NCBI GenBank assembly: GCA_965207035.1
Contig: OZ242259.1
Location: forward strand, 586,111 to 650,110
Reading direction: 5' to 3'
Source: Bryobacterales bacterium
GTDB taxonomy: Bacteria > Acidobacteriota > Terriglobia > Bryobacterales > UBA6623
DNA: 64,000 bases
The notes under the pieces: model-generated
What the model was told of the DNA's origin: nothing
The model's database searches: none
Seen by the model: the letters and a program-made list of their open reading frames with translations, nothing else
In this document: positions 44,580 through 52,916 of the stretch, one piece after another
Layout of the letters: each line of letters opens with the position of its first letter
Numbering within the stretch: position 1 is the first letter of the stretch
Program-made: the position numbers and the translations under genes

Positions 44580-46550
44580 CGGTAGTTTACGGGCTTTCGT
44601 CGCTGTCGTGGGGGTAGGGCCCGCGAAGTGATTCCATCCACAGCAGTTACCAGTCGGCGCTCCATCCTCTTTTGTATTACCCTATATGAGATTCTGGATC
44701 AATTCCTTTGAGAATTGCTTGCATTCGCTTCCATGGTGTTCTAGTATTACCCTATATGGCATCCATCGTCGGCAAGAAAAAGGGCAACCAAACCTACTAC
44801 TACGTCGTCACCTCCGGCCGCGTCAACGGCAAGCCCCGCATCACCCACCAAACCTACCTCGGTACCGCCGATCGACTCGCCCAACTCGTCCGCGACAAGG
44901 CCGCCCCCATCCCTCTCGAGGCCACGGCCCGCGACGCCGGCCTCCCGGTCGCCCTCTGGCAGGCCGCCCAACTCTCCGGCACCCTCGACGCCCTCCTCTC
45001 CGTCTGGCCCGCCCCTAAACGCGGCCCCTCCATCCCCCATTTCCTGCTCCTCGCTGCCTTCCACCGCATCTGCGCACCAGGCCCCAAGACCGAGGTCGCC
45101 GACTGGTACCGCCACTCCGTCCTCGCCGACCTGTGGGGCTTCGCCCCCAGCCTCTTCTCCTCCCAGGCCTTCTGGGACCATTTCGACGCCATCGACGTCA
45201 GCGCGGCGCTCACCGAGCCCTCCTCTGACGAACTCGAGCAGGCCCAGCTGGCCCTGCTGCAGGCCTTCCGCGCCCGCGACCTCGTCAGCCAACGCGTGCT
45301 GGCCTACGACACCACCAATTTCCACACCTGGATCGGCACCACCAACACCCGCAACCAACTCGCCCAGCGCGGACACAACAAGCAGAAGCGCCACGACCTG
45401 CGCCAGATCGGCCTCAGCTACGCCCTCGACGGGCAGCACGGCCTCAGCCTGTGTCATCACGTCTACCCGGGCAACGTCACCGACCGCGACGAGTTGCCGG
45501 CCTGCCTCGGGCGCATCACGCGCCTGCTCGACGGGGCGTCGATTCCGCGCGAGACGGTCACACTGGTGTTGGACAAGGGCAGCGCGGCGCTGGCCAACAC
45601 CCTGGCCCTGCAGGCCAGCGGGCTGGGCTGGATCGCAGCGCTGCCGTGGGACCAGGCCCCGGCCGCGCTGCGCTCGCGTGCGGTCGAGGAGTTGGCCGCG
45701 GTGCCTGGCGAGCCCGGCCTGCGGGTCGGGTCCGAGCGCACCCTGGTGCACGGGGCCGAGTATCTGGGCGTGCTCCGGCATTCGGCGGGTTTCGCCGCCG
45801 AACAGTTCCAGAGCGTGACCCTGTCGCTGGCGAAGGCGACGCAGAAGCTGCGGGCCCTCGCGCGGGAGATCGGCCAGCCCCGGGACCGGCACACGGAACA
45901 GGGCTTGCGCAACCGGATCCAGCGCTGGCTGCGGCCGAACTTCGTTTCGCAGGCGCTGAGTTACACGCTGCGGCGCGGCGCGGACCGCAGTTGGGACCTG
46001 CAGTTCGCGATCGACGCGGAGGCGCTGCACCGGCTGTTGACCGAGCGCTTCGGGCGGACCACGCTGGTAACCAACCGGCTGGACTGGAGCGCGGCCGAAG
46101 TGGCCACGGCCTACAACGGCCAGCAGCACGTGGAGCGCGTGTTCCGCGGCCTCAAAGGCGGGGACTGGCTGGGATGGGGGCCGCTGCACCACTGGACCGA
46201 CAGCAAGATCCGGGTGCATGCGTTTTACTGCCTGTTGGGGGTGTCGCTGATGCAGTACCTGTACCAGCAGGCACAGGCTGCGTGGCCGCTGTTGACCATG
46301 GAAGGGCTCAAGCACGAACTGGGGCAGATCCAGCGCATCGACCTGCTGTATCCGCCGCTGGGGGCGAAGGGACCGCCGCGGGTGGCGACCATCACGTCGA
46401 AGCAGACATTGACCCAAGCGGCCCTGGTGTCCGAACTGGGATTGGAGAAGCTGCTCAAGACCGACGGTAGGTAATACAGCCAGCCCACACCTAACTGACT
46501 CTGAGCCAGTACGTTACAACTATTTTTCCTTCAACTTCAGTAAACTACCG
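44580..46550 (+). mobile_element. insertion sequence, 1,971 bp, 11-bp perfect terminal IRs (CGGTAGTTTAC), 4-bp CTAG target duplication
   Basis: IRL 44580-44590 and IRR 46540-46550 (GTAAACTACCG). CTAG lies at 44576-44579 and 46551-46554. It carries a single DDE transposase ORF. Confidence 0.8.
44756..46474 (+). CDS. DDE transposase, IS4-superfamily (IS1634-like)
   Basis: The N-terminus MASIVGKKKGNQTYYYVVTSGRVNGKPRITHQTYLGT resembles the IS1634-family N-terminal pattern. 572 aa. The 556-aa antisense ORF is GC shadow. Family assignment is tentative. Confidence 0.75.
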   Translation: MASIVGKKKGNQTYYYVVTSGRVNGKPRITHQTYLGTADRLAQLVRDKAAPIPLEATARDAGLPVALWQAAQLSGTLDALLSVWPAPKRGPSIPHFLLLAAFHRICAPGPKTEVADWYRHSVLADLWGFAPSLFSSQAFWDHFDAIDVSAALTEPSSDELEQAQLALLQAFRARDLVSQRVLAYDTTNFHTWIGTTNTRNQLAQRGHNKQKRHDLRQIGLSYALDGQHGLSLCHHVYPGNVTDRDELPACLGRITRLLDGASIPRETVTLVLDKGSAALANTLALQASGLGWIAALPWDQAPAALRSRAVEELAAVPGEPGLRVGSERTLVHGAEYLGVLRHSAGFAAEQFQSVTLSLAKATQKLRALAREIGQPRDRHTEQGLRNRIQRWLRPNFVSQALSYTLRRGADRSWDLQFAIDAEALHRLLTERFGRTTLVTNRLDWSAAEVATAYNGQQHVERVFRGLKGGDWLGWGPLHHWTDSKIRVHAFYCLLGVSLMQYLYQQAQAAWPLLTMEGLKHELGQIQRIDLLYPPLGAKGPPRVATITSKQTLTQAALVSELGLEKLLKTDGR

Positions 46551-46583
46551 CTAGTTGCGTCGGCCGCTCCCAACATCCTCTTC

Positions 46584-48032
46584 GTGATGAGCGACGACCA
46601 CGCCGTGCCCGCGCTTAGCGCGTATGGAGGAGGATTGATTTCCACCCCCAACCTCGATCGGCTGGCCGCAGAGGGGGCGCGGTTCGACGCCGCATTTGTC
46701 ACGAACTCGATCTGCACGCCCAGCAGGGCGGTCGTGCTCACCGGCAAGCACAGCCACACGAACGGAGTCCTGACACTGCCGGACGCTTTCGACGGCACGC
46801 AGCAGACGCTGCCGAAGCTGCTCCAGGCGGCTGGGTACTACACCGGAATGATTGGCAAGTGGCACCTGAAGAGTGAGCCGACTGGATTTGACGAGTACGC
46901 GGTGCTTCCCGGCCAGGGCCTGTACTACAACCCGATCCTGCGGCACACGGGAGAGTGGCCGAAAGGGCAAGTCCATGAAGGCTACGTGACCGACGTGATC
47001 ACTGACCAAGTGCTGAGATTTCTTGAGTCTAGACCACGAGATAGGCCGTTTTTCTTGATGTATCACCACAAGGCTCCGCACGATGTGTTCGTCCCGAAAC
47101 GGGAGCATGCCGGGCTGTTCCCCGAGCCGATTCCCGAGCCTCCCACGCTCCACGAGGATGTTGGCCAGCGCATCGCTCTGCGCGAAACCGTCGAGGTGAT
47201 CGGACACCGGCACACGTCGTACGGTGTGCCGGAGTGGCGCTGGTTCCTGACGCGTGTCCGCTACAGGCCTGACGAGATCGCCAGGTGGGAGCGAGAGCTA
47301 GCGGGGATTTCCGGTCCCGCGTTGCGCAGCGCCCAGTACCAGATCTACATGCGCCGATACTTGCAGTGTGTCCATTCCATTGACGAGAACATGGGTCGCG
47401 TTCTGGAGTACCTCGATGACAACGGTCTTGCTCGCGACACATTGGTGGTCTATACCTCGGACCAGGGGTTTTTCCTCGGTGAGCACGGTCTCTATGACAA
47501 GCGCTTCATGTACGAGCCATCCCTTCGGATCCCTCTGCTGGTACGCTGGCCGACTACCGTGCCGGCCGGAACCGTGCCAACCGAACTGGTCCAGAATCTG
47601 GACTTTGCGCCAACGATGCTGGATGCCGCCAGCGTCCGTATTCCGTCGGACATGCAGGGAGCAAGCTTTCTGCCCCTGGCGAAAGGGGATAGGCCGAGTG
47701 CATGGCGGGAAGCGATCTACTACCGCTATTGGATGAACCGGGCGCACTTTAACGTTCCGGCGCACTTGGGCATCCGCACGCCACGAGACAAGCTGATCTT
47801 CTTCTATGACAGCGCAACCGGGCCGGATGGCAGCAGCAGGGTCAACGGCGCAAGGCCAGGCGTGCGTGACCCGTTCTGGGAGTACTACGATCTTGAGGCG
47901 GATCCGCTCGAGATTCAGAACCTGCACGGTGACCGGCGCTATGCGGAGCGCATTCGAATGTTGAGGGATCGGCTTGCGGAGTTGCGCCGGCGGTATGGGG
48001 ACGACAAAGACGGCTTCGACTTCGCGGAATAG
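46584..48032 (+). CDS. sulfatase (arylsulfatase A family), body of gene; signal peptide severed by IS
   Basis: PNILFVMSDDH and the formylglycine motif CTPSR in FVTNSICTPSRAVVLTGK, plus sulfatase colinearity. The frame is open upstream to the IS end at 46555 but has no start there. Confidence 0.8.
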   Translation: MMSDDHAVPALSAYGGGLISTPNLDRLAAEGARFDAAFVTNSICTPSRAVVLTGKHSHTNGVLTLPDAFDGTQQTLPKLLQAAGYYTGMIGKWHLKSEPTGFDEYAVLPGQGLYYNPILRHTGEWPKGQVHEGYVTDVITDQVLRFLESRPRDRPFFLMYHHKAPHDVFVPKREHAGLFPEPIPEPPTLHEDVGQRIALRETVEVIGHRHTSYGVPEWRWFLTRVRYRPDEIARWERELAGISGPALRSAQYQIYMRRYLQCVHSIDENMGRVLEYLDDNGLARDTLVVYTSDQGFFLGEHGLYDKRFMYEPSLRIPLLVRWPTTVPAGTVPTELVQNLDFAPTMLDAASVRIPSDMQGASFLPLAKGDRPSAWREAIYYRYWMNRAHFNVPAHLGIRTPRDKLIFFYDSATGPDGSSRVNGARPGVRDPFWEYYDLEADPLEIQNLHGDRRYAERIRMLRDRLAELRRRYGDDKDGFDFAE

Positions 48033-48165
48033 CGCCGAGGCCAATCGGATCCGGACTCCGCCTGTGTTCGGTAGCACTGGCATTCCGAGTTGTCGCCGGC
48101 ACACCGGCCACGGGTCGCCGCACGACAGTCGATTGCGCGAACGGTGGTCACAGGTTGGGCCTGCC

Positions 48166-48546
48166 GTGTACAATAATTGGGCTGTGCTGCGGGGTTTTTT
48201 CTTGGCTGTTGCATTACTCGTAGCCGGAGCGGTTTCTGTGCCCTGTCTGGAGGCTGCCGAATTCGAAGGGAAATGGAAGGTTGTGTGGGACACGGAAGGC
48301 GGCACCCGCACGAGCGAATGGAGCATCACCCGGGAGGGCGATTCGATCAAGGTTGAGATGCATGGCCAGGTGTTCGAAGGCACGGTCGCGGACAACCGGA
48401 TCGTCTTCGAGGGCAGGTACCATGCTTCGGAGGCTGGCTACAGTTCCACTATGAAGGTCGAGGGTACGCTGGACGGCGGCGTGATCACGGGCCGGGGCAC
48501 TTGGGCCGAGTATGGGATGACCTTCGTCGCCCGGCGTCCGGATTGA
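48166..48546 (+). CDS. small exported hypothetical protein
   Basis: A GTG at 48166 or 48184 gives the signal MLRGFFLAVALLVAGAVSVPCLEA. The mature part is beta-rich. The track start at 47974 overlaps the sulfatase end. Confidence 0.45.
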   Translation: MYNNWAVLRGFFLAVALLVAGAVSVPCLEAAEFEGKWKVVWDTEGGTRTSEWSITREGDSIKVEMHGQVFEGTVADNRIVFEGRYHASEAGYSSTMKVEGTLDGGVITGRGTWAEYGMTFVARRPD

Positions 48547-48569
48547 AATCCTTGGCCCGGCGCGGGGGG

Positions 48570-49565
48570 TCAATCGATCAGCCGCAGGCCGAACCACGCC
48601 AAACCTCCAACCAGCAAGAGGATTGCAACGAGCTGTTCCGCCCTCCCGTTGACGCACCTGAGACGGATCGCGCCAGCGGCGGTGACGATCAATCCTTCGG
48701 TGCTGATCGCCCCCGATAGGAAATACGGCGCCTTCATCGCGGTTGCAGCCAGGAAGGCGGCGAGGAACAACCCGTGGAAGCAACCCATCGAACCGCACAC
48801 GATCCATCGATGTCTTGCATCAGGCAGGAACAAGATCTCCGACGCCATGTACGCGACCGTCAGGGCGGCGGCGGCCTCCAAGAAGCGCAGCGGAGGAATC
48901 CATCCCAGGGTGCCGGCAGTTGCCGCGACGGCAGTCTGGGCGCATAGAAACGCACCGGCGCACACGAAGAACTCCCGTCTCGACCGTGCCGCCAGAGCCA
49001 GGACCGCAAGGAATAGGAGGAGTTCAGGGCTGGTGATCGCCTTGCGCGATCCCGCCCCGACGTTCGTTGCCACGACCTCGCCCAGCGTAGGGGGGACAAA
49101 GCGTATCTCGGACTGGCGGGAGGTGATATCGAATACCGTCTGTCGCGCGGAATCCCCTTCGCCCGACTGCAGGATGTGCATGTGATGCGGGACAGTGACT
49201 GAAGGAAAGTCGCAACGCACCGAGATCTTGGCGGGTGGTGCGGCGAACCGGTATTCCGCCTCGCAGATGTAGAGTCCCTGGCCGGCCTCTTCGCGGCACG
49301 CCTGGTCCGCGAGTACACCCGCTTGTCCCTGCGAGAATACCTGGAATGCCTCCAAAAGCGTCGCTTGGGGGTTCTCGTCTTCTGGGACCTCCGAGAGGGG
49401 CATTCTCAGCTCGTACTGCACTGCTTGGCCAGCTAGGCGCAAGCTGCCTTGACTCACGCTCAGGACGTGCGCTGTCGCGGGAATCGCACAAAGGATCGAG
49501 GCAGACCCAGCCAGTGTTCCGACGACACCGTCTCGGATCAACTGTCGCGCACTTGCTTGGCTCAT
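48570..49565 (-). CDS. HupE/UreJ-like membrane protein with N-terminal periplasmic domain
   Basis: Signal, then a soluble domain with PHHMH. The C-terminal TM bundle LLLFLAVLAL...LEAAAALTVAYMASEI...GCFHGLFLAAFL resembles the HupE/UreJ_2 pattern. Confidence 0.5.
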   Translation of the reverse strand: MSQASARQLIRDGVVGTLAGSASILCAIPATAHVLSVSQGSLRLAGQAVQYELRMPLSEVPEDENPQATLLEAFQVFSQGQAGVLADQACREEAGQGLYICEAEYRFAAPPAKISVRCDFPSVTVPHHMHILQSGEGDSARQTVFDITSRQSEIRFVPPTLGEVVATNVGAGSRKAITSPELLLFLAVLALAARSRREFFVCAGAFLCAQTAVAATAGTLGWIPPLRFLEAAAALTVAYMASEILFLPDARHRWIVCGSMGCFHGLFLAAFLAATAMKAPYFLSGAISTEGLIVTAAGAIRLRCVNGRAEQLVAILLLVGGLAWFGLRLID

Positions 49566-51010
49566 TTCAGCCCGAAGGCGTACATCGATGTCAGCGAGCG
49601 AATGTAGATCTTCCCGTCAACGATGGCCGGTGTGGCGAAGCAAGTGCCGTCAAGGGCACTCGTTTCCAAGACCTTCCAGTTGGCGCCAGGCTCCACGACG
49701 CTGATCATGCAACTTTCGCTGATCGTGAAGATCTTGCCGTCGCCGGCGACGGGGGAAGCCCAGTACTTGTCGATCGCGTCTCCCAGCCGCGCGACGCGGT
49801 CGGCTGTTCCTGAATCGGGATTGACGCTGCTGAAGATGCCACCGTCCTTTACCAAGTAGATCTTTCCTCGATAGAGCAGGGGGGAGGGAGTGTTCGGCAG
49901 TGACTTGTTGTAGCGCCAAAGCACGCCGCTATTGGTGATGTCGCCGCGCTCTGCGCCCGGGCGGATCGCGACGAGATTGTTCACAGGCGCCCGCCTGGCG
50001 GCGTAGAAATACCAATCGCGTTCGTCGAGCTTGCCATCGCCTCCCAAGTCGGCCTCTCCCCACGGGTGGTCTTGCCTGAGCCTTTCCTCGGGCGCTTCGT
50101 TCCGCGACAGTAGCTTGTCTCCATCCCGGTCGAACTCGGCGATCACATCGGCAAACGAAGGGGTTTGCTTCTGTTGGCCGGGGTCGCCGCCAATTTCCCA
50201 TCCGTTGATGTAGATGGTGTCACCCTCGAAAATCGGAACGCACTTGAGCTGCCAAGCGAATCCGTTGACCCACCACAGCTGCTGGCCTGTCTTGAGATCG
50301 TAGGCTGCGACTCGGTAGGCGCCTGGCACGACCACCTGAGCCGTGCCTCCCTCAGGCCTGAAAACGCCGGCCGTGCCGTAACCGCGGGTGGTTTCGGGAC
50401 GGTCGGTCTTCCACACCGTCTCGCCGGTGTCTTTGTCGAGAGCGATGAGGTAGGACCCAACCTGTTGGTCGCAAACGATCAGCAGCTTGCCATCGGCAAG
50501 AATTGGCGAAGACCCGTGGCCGTTTTGGTTGACGAAAGGCCCCATCGGGCGCTTCCACCGCTCGTTGCCATTCGAATCGAACGACAACGCCCCGAAGTCG
50601 CCGAAGAAGACATACACATTTTCGCCGTCGGTGACCGGAGACGGTGATGCGGGTCCGTGCGTTCTCTGGAAAGGTTCCCGGCGCGGTCTGGAAACCTCCT
50701 GGATCCAAACAACCTCTCCGGAGGAACGCTCCAACGCGAGCACGAGCAGCCTCTGGTCTTCGTAGGCCGTTAAGAAAATCCGATCGCCTGCGACTACCGG
50801 AGACGAATGGCCCGACGGGACGGCGCTCTTCCACAGCAGGTGGGTGTTTTCGCCGAAGCGAGCAGGCAGTTCGCCGCCCTCGGCAACTCCGGTCCCGCGT
50901 GGACCCCGGAACTGCGGCCAGTCCGCCGCGGAGGCACTGAAGGCAACGAGCGGGACGGCCATGAGCATGGGCCAGTTCATGCCCCACAATATACCGCGCA
51001 GTCGGAGCAC
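49562..51010 (-). CDS. PQQ-like beta-propeller protein with inserted EF-hand pair
   Basis: Signal, then WPQFRGPRGTG...SSPVVAGDRIFL blades. The insertion DRDGDKLLSRNE ... DLGGDGKLDERD lies at aa 294-332 (50015-50131). ATGA overlap with the downstream gene. Confidence 0.7.
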   Translation of the reverse strand: MLRLRGILWGMNWPMLMAVPLVAFSASAADWPQFRGPRGTGVAEGGELPARFGENTHLLWKSAVPSGHSSPVVAGDRIFLTAYEDQRLLVLALERSSGEVVWIQEVSRPRREPFQRTHGPASPSPVTDGENVYVFFGDFGALSFDSNGNERWKRPMGPFVNQNGHGSSPILADGKLLIVCDQQVGSYLIALDKDTGETVWKTDRPETTRGYGTAGVFRPEGGTAQVVVPGAYRVAAYDLKTGQQLWWVNGFAWQLKCVPIFEGDTIYINGWEIGGDPGQQKQTPSFADVIAEFDRDGDKLLSRNEAPEERLRQDHPWGEADLGGDGKLDERDWYFYAARRAPVNNLVAIRPGAERGDITNSGVLWRYNKSLPNTPSPLLYRGKIYLVKDGGIFSSVNPDSGTADRVARLGDAIDKYWASPVAGDGKIFTISESCMISVVEPGANWKVLETSALDGTCFATPAIVDGKIYIRSLTSMYAFGLK

Positions 51011-51056
51011 CGGAGCGCCCTACGGCGTGATAGAGTGCAAGAACCGCACCATTGCA

Positions 51057-52901
51057 ATGGAACGGATCGGACGTTACGAGATTGTCTCCGAGCTGGGCCG
51101 CGGGGCGATGGGCGTTGTCTATCGCGCCCGCGATCCGAAAATCGGTCGCGAAGTTGCGGTGAAGACAATCAGGCTCGGCAATCACGCTGACCCAAGCGAG
51201 ATCGGCGAACTCCGGCTCCGTTTGTTTCGGGAGGCGCAGTCAGCGGGGCGCCTGTCCCATCCCGGTATTGTCACGATATTTGACGTTGACGAAAAGGATG
51301 GACTGGCCTTCATCACGATGGAACTGGTGGAGGGGGAGCAGCTGTCGCATTCGCGAGCGTCGAGACTTGAGATCGGCCGCAAGATCGAATTCCTGAACGA
51401 GCTGCTGGGGATGGCCGGGTCGGCTCTCGATTATGCCCACAGCCGAGGCATCGTACACCGAGACATCAAGCCGGCCAACATCATGGTTACCCAGAGCGGT
51501 ATCAAGCTCATGGACTTCGGCGTGGCGCATATCGCATCCTCGCAACTGACTCGCACTGGCACGATGGTTGGTACCCCGAACTACATGTCTCCCGAGCAGG
51601 TGCGCGGAGATCCAGTTGACGGCCGTTCGGACCAGTTTTCTCTCGCGGTCATTGTCTACGAACTCCTGACGGGCAAGAAGCCCTTCGATACGGGAAATGT
51701 CACATCGACGATCTACCGGCTCGTCAACCAGGATCCAGACGCTCCACGCAGGCTGGAGCCGAGCATTTCGCCCGAGCTGGAACGCGTTCTGCTACGCGCG
51801 ATGTCGAAGGATCCGGCGAAACGCTTTGGTTCGTGCGGCGCCTTCGCCAAGGCGTTCGCGTCCATGCCCCGCATGCCAACCCAAAATGCGGCGGCGCCGG
51901 CAGAGATCCGCCGCGAGCCGAGTTCCGACGGGGATGAGACCGTGGCGGATGTCCCTTCGCCGGTGGTTGTCGTTGCTGATGAGACATTGGCCAGCAGTCC
52001 CACCCACCGATTGCCTGACTCCACGCGCCAGATTCCCCGCGGGAGGAAGCTGAACCGCACCCTTGATCCCTCCGAGTCACGCGAGCCCGCTCGGCCGGGT
52101 GGTGCCCGCTGGCCGTTCGTGATTTTCGTCTTGCTGTTGGTGGCGGTCGGGACCTTGAGCGTCTTGTTGGTACGCTACCCCGGCCTTCTTGAAGACCCGC
52201 AAACCTTGGTTGACGCGATGCTTGGGGCCGAGCAGCTGTCCTCAGAGCCGACCCAGACAGCCGAGCCAGGACCCATTGAGACCATCTCGGCATCGCCACC
52301 ACTCGAATCCGTGGTGCCCGTCTCCGACCCGGTTGAGGTTGCCAACGGCCCAGCCATCGAAGTCCCAGCGCCAGCATCGACATCTACCGAAACTGCCAAC
52401 GAACAGAGCGGAGCCGGAGATGGAGTCGAAGATGCGCGCGAGTTCCAGCCCGACGGGCAAACTCGGCTGGCTTCCGAGACGGCGGTTGTCACGTTCACCA
52501 GTTTTGCCGACGGTGTTCAGGTTTCCGTGGACGAGAACCCCGAGTGGCGATGCGTTACCCCCTGCGCGCCCATGGAGCTACCGGTCGGGGAGCACTCGGT
52601 AGTCGCGAATCGCGAGGGGTATGGCCTCCAGCGGCGCACAATCACCGTGGACCAGGCGGGCATGACCGTGGACTTGTGGCTGGAGCCGCGTCAATCGGCC
52701 TTGGTGATCGGCAGCGATCCGACAGGCGGCAAGATCTTCGTCGACGGCCGAGATACGGGAAAGGTCACGGCAAACCAAGTGTTTGTTTCTCCAGGGAGGC
52801 ACTCGATTCGGATCGTAAAGGGGTCTCTTGAGGCGAGCAGGACGATAGACGTGCAAGCCAACGAGACGCAGTATCTGGATTTCCGGTTAGGCACCAACTA
52901 G
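51057..52901 (+). CDS. Ser/Thr protein kinase with TM segment and C-terminal PEGA domains
   Basis: MERIGRYEIVSELGRGAMGVVYRARD, HRDIKPANIM, DFGVA and GTPNYMSPE. TM WPFVIFVLLLVAVGTLSVLLV. The C-terminus has SDPTGGKIFVDGRDTGKVT..SPGRHSIRI. The track start at 50844 is rejected. Confidence 0.85.
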   Translation: MERIGRYEIVSELGRGAMGVVYRARDPKIGREVAVKTIRLGNHADPSEIGELRLRLFREAQSAGRLSHPGIVTIFDVDEKDGLAFITMELVEGEQLSHSRASRLEIGRKIEFLNELLGMAGSALDYAHSRGIVHRDIKPANIMVTQSGIKLMDFGVAHIASSQLTRTGTMVGTPNYMSPEQVRGDPVDGRSDQFSLAVIVYELLTGKKPFDTGNVTSTIYRLVNQDPDAPRRLEPSISPELERVLLRAMSKDPAKRFGSCGAFAKAFASMPRMPTQNAAAPAEIRREPSSDGDETVADVPSPVVVVADETLASSPTHRLPDSTRQIPRGRKLNRTLDPSESREPARPGGARWPFVIFVLLLVAVGTLSVLLVRYPGLLEDPQTLVDAMLGAEQLSSEPTQTAEPGPIETISASPPLESVVPVSDPVEVANGPAIEVPAPASTSTETANEQSGAGDGVEDAREFQPDGQTRLASETAVVTFTSFADGVQVSVDENPEWRCVTPCAPMELPVGEHSVVANREGYGLQRRTITVDQAGMTVDLWLEPRQSALVIGSDPTGGKIFVDGRDTGKVTANQVFVSPGRHSIRIVKGSLEASRTIDVQANETQYLDFRLGTN

Positions 52902-52916
52902 GGGGGGTGCTCATTC

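Noticed and set aside
44576-44590. 15-bp terminal inverted repeat CTAGCGGTAGTTTAC with no target duplication
   Set aside because: CTAG is itself palindromic. Treating it as a 4-bp direct duplication flanking 11-bp IRs is the only reading that restores the sulfatase frame.
44747-46417. 556-aa minus-strand ORF, together with the 339-aa +2-frame ORF 45451-46470
   Set aside because: Both overlap the transposase gene. Their composition (G/R/P/A runs) is that of out-of-frame GC-rich coding sequence. The plus-strand frame starting at 44756 has the recognisable transposase N-terminus.
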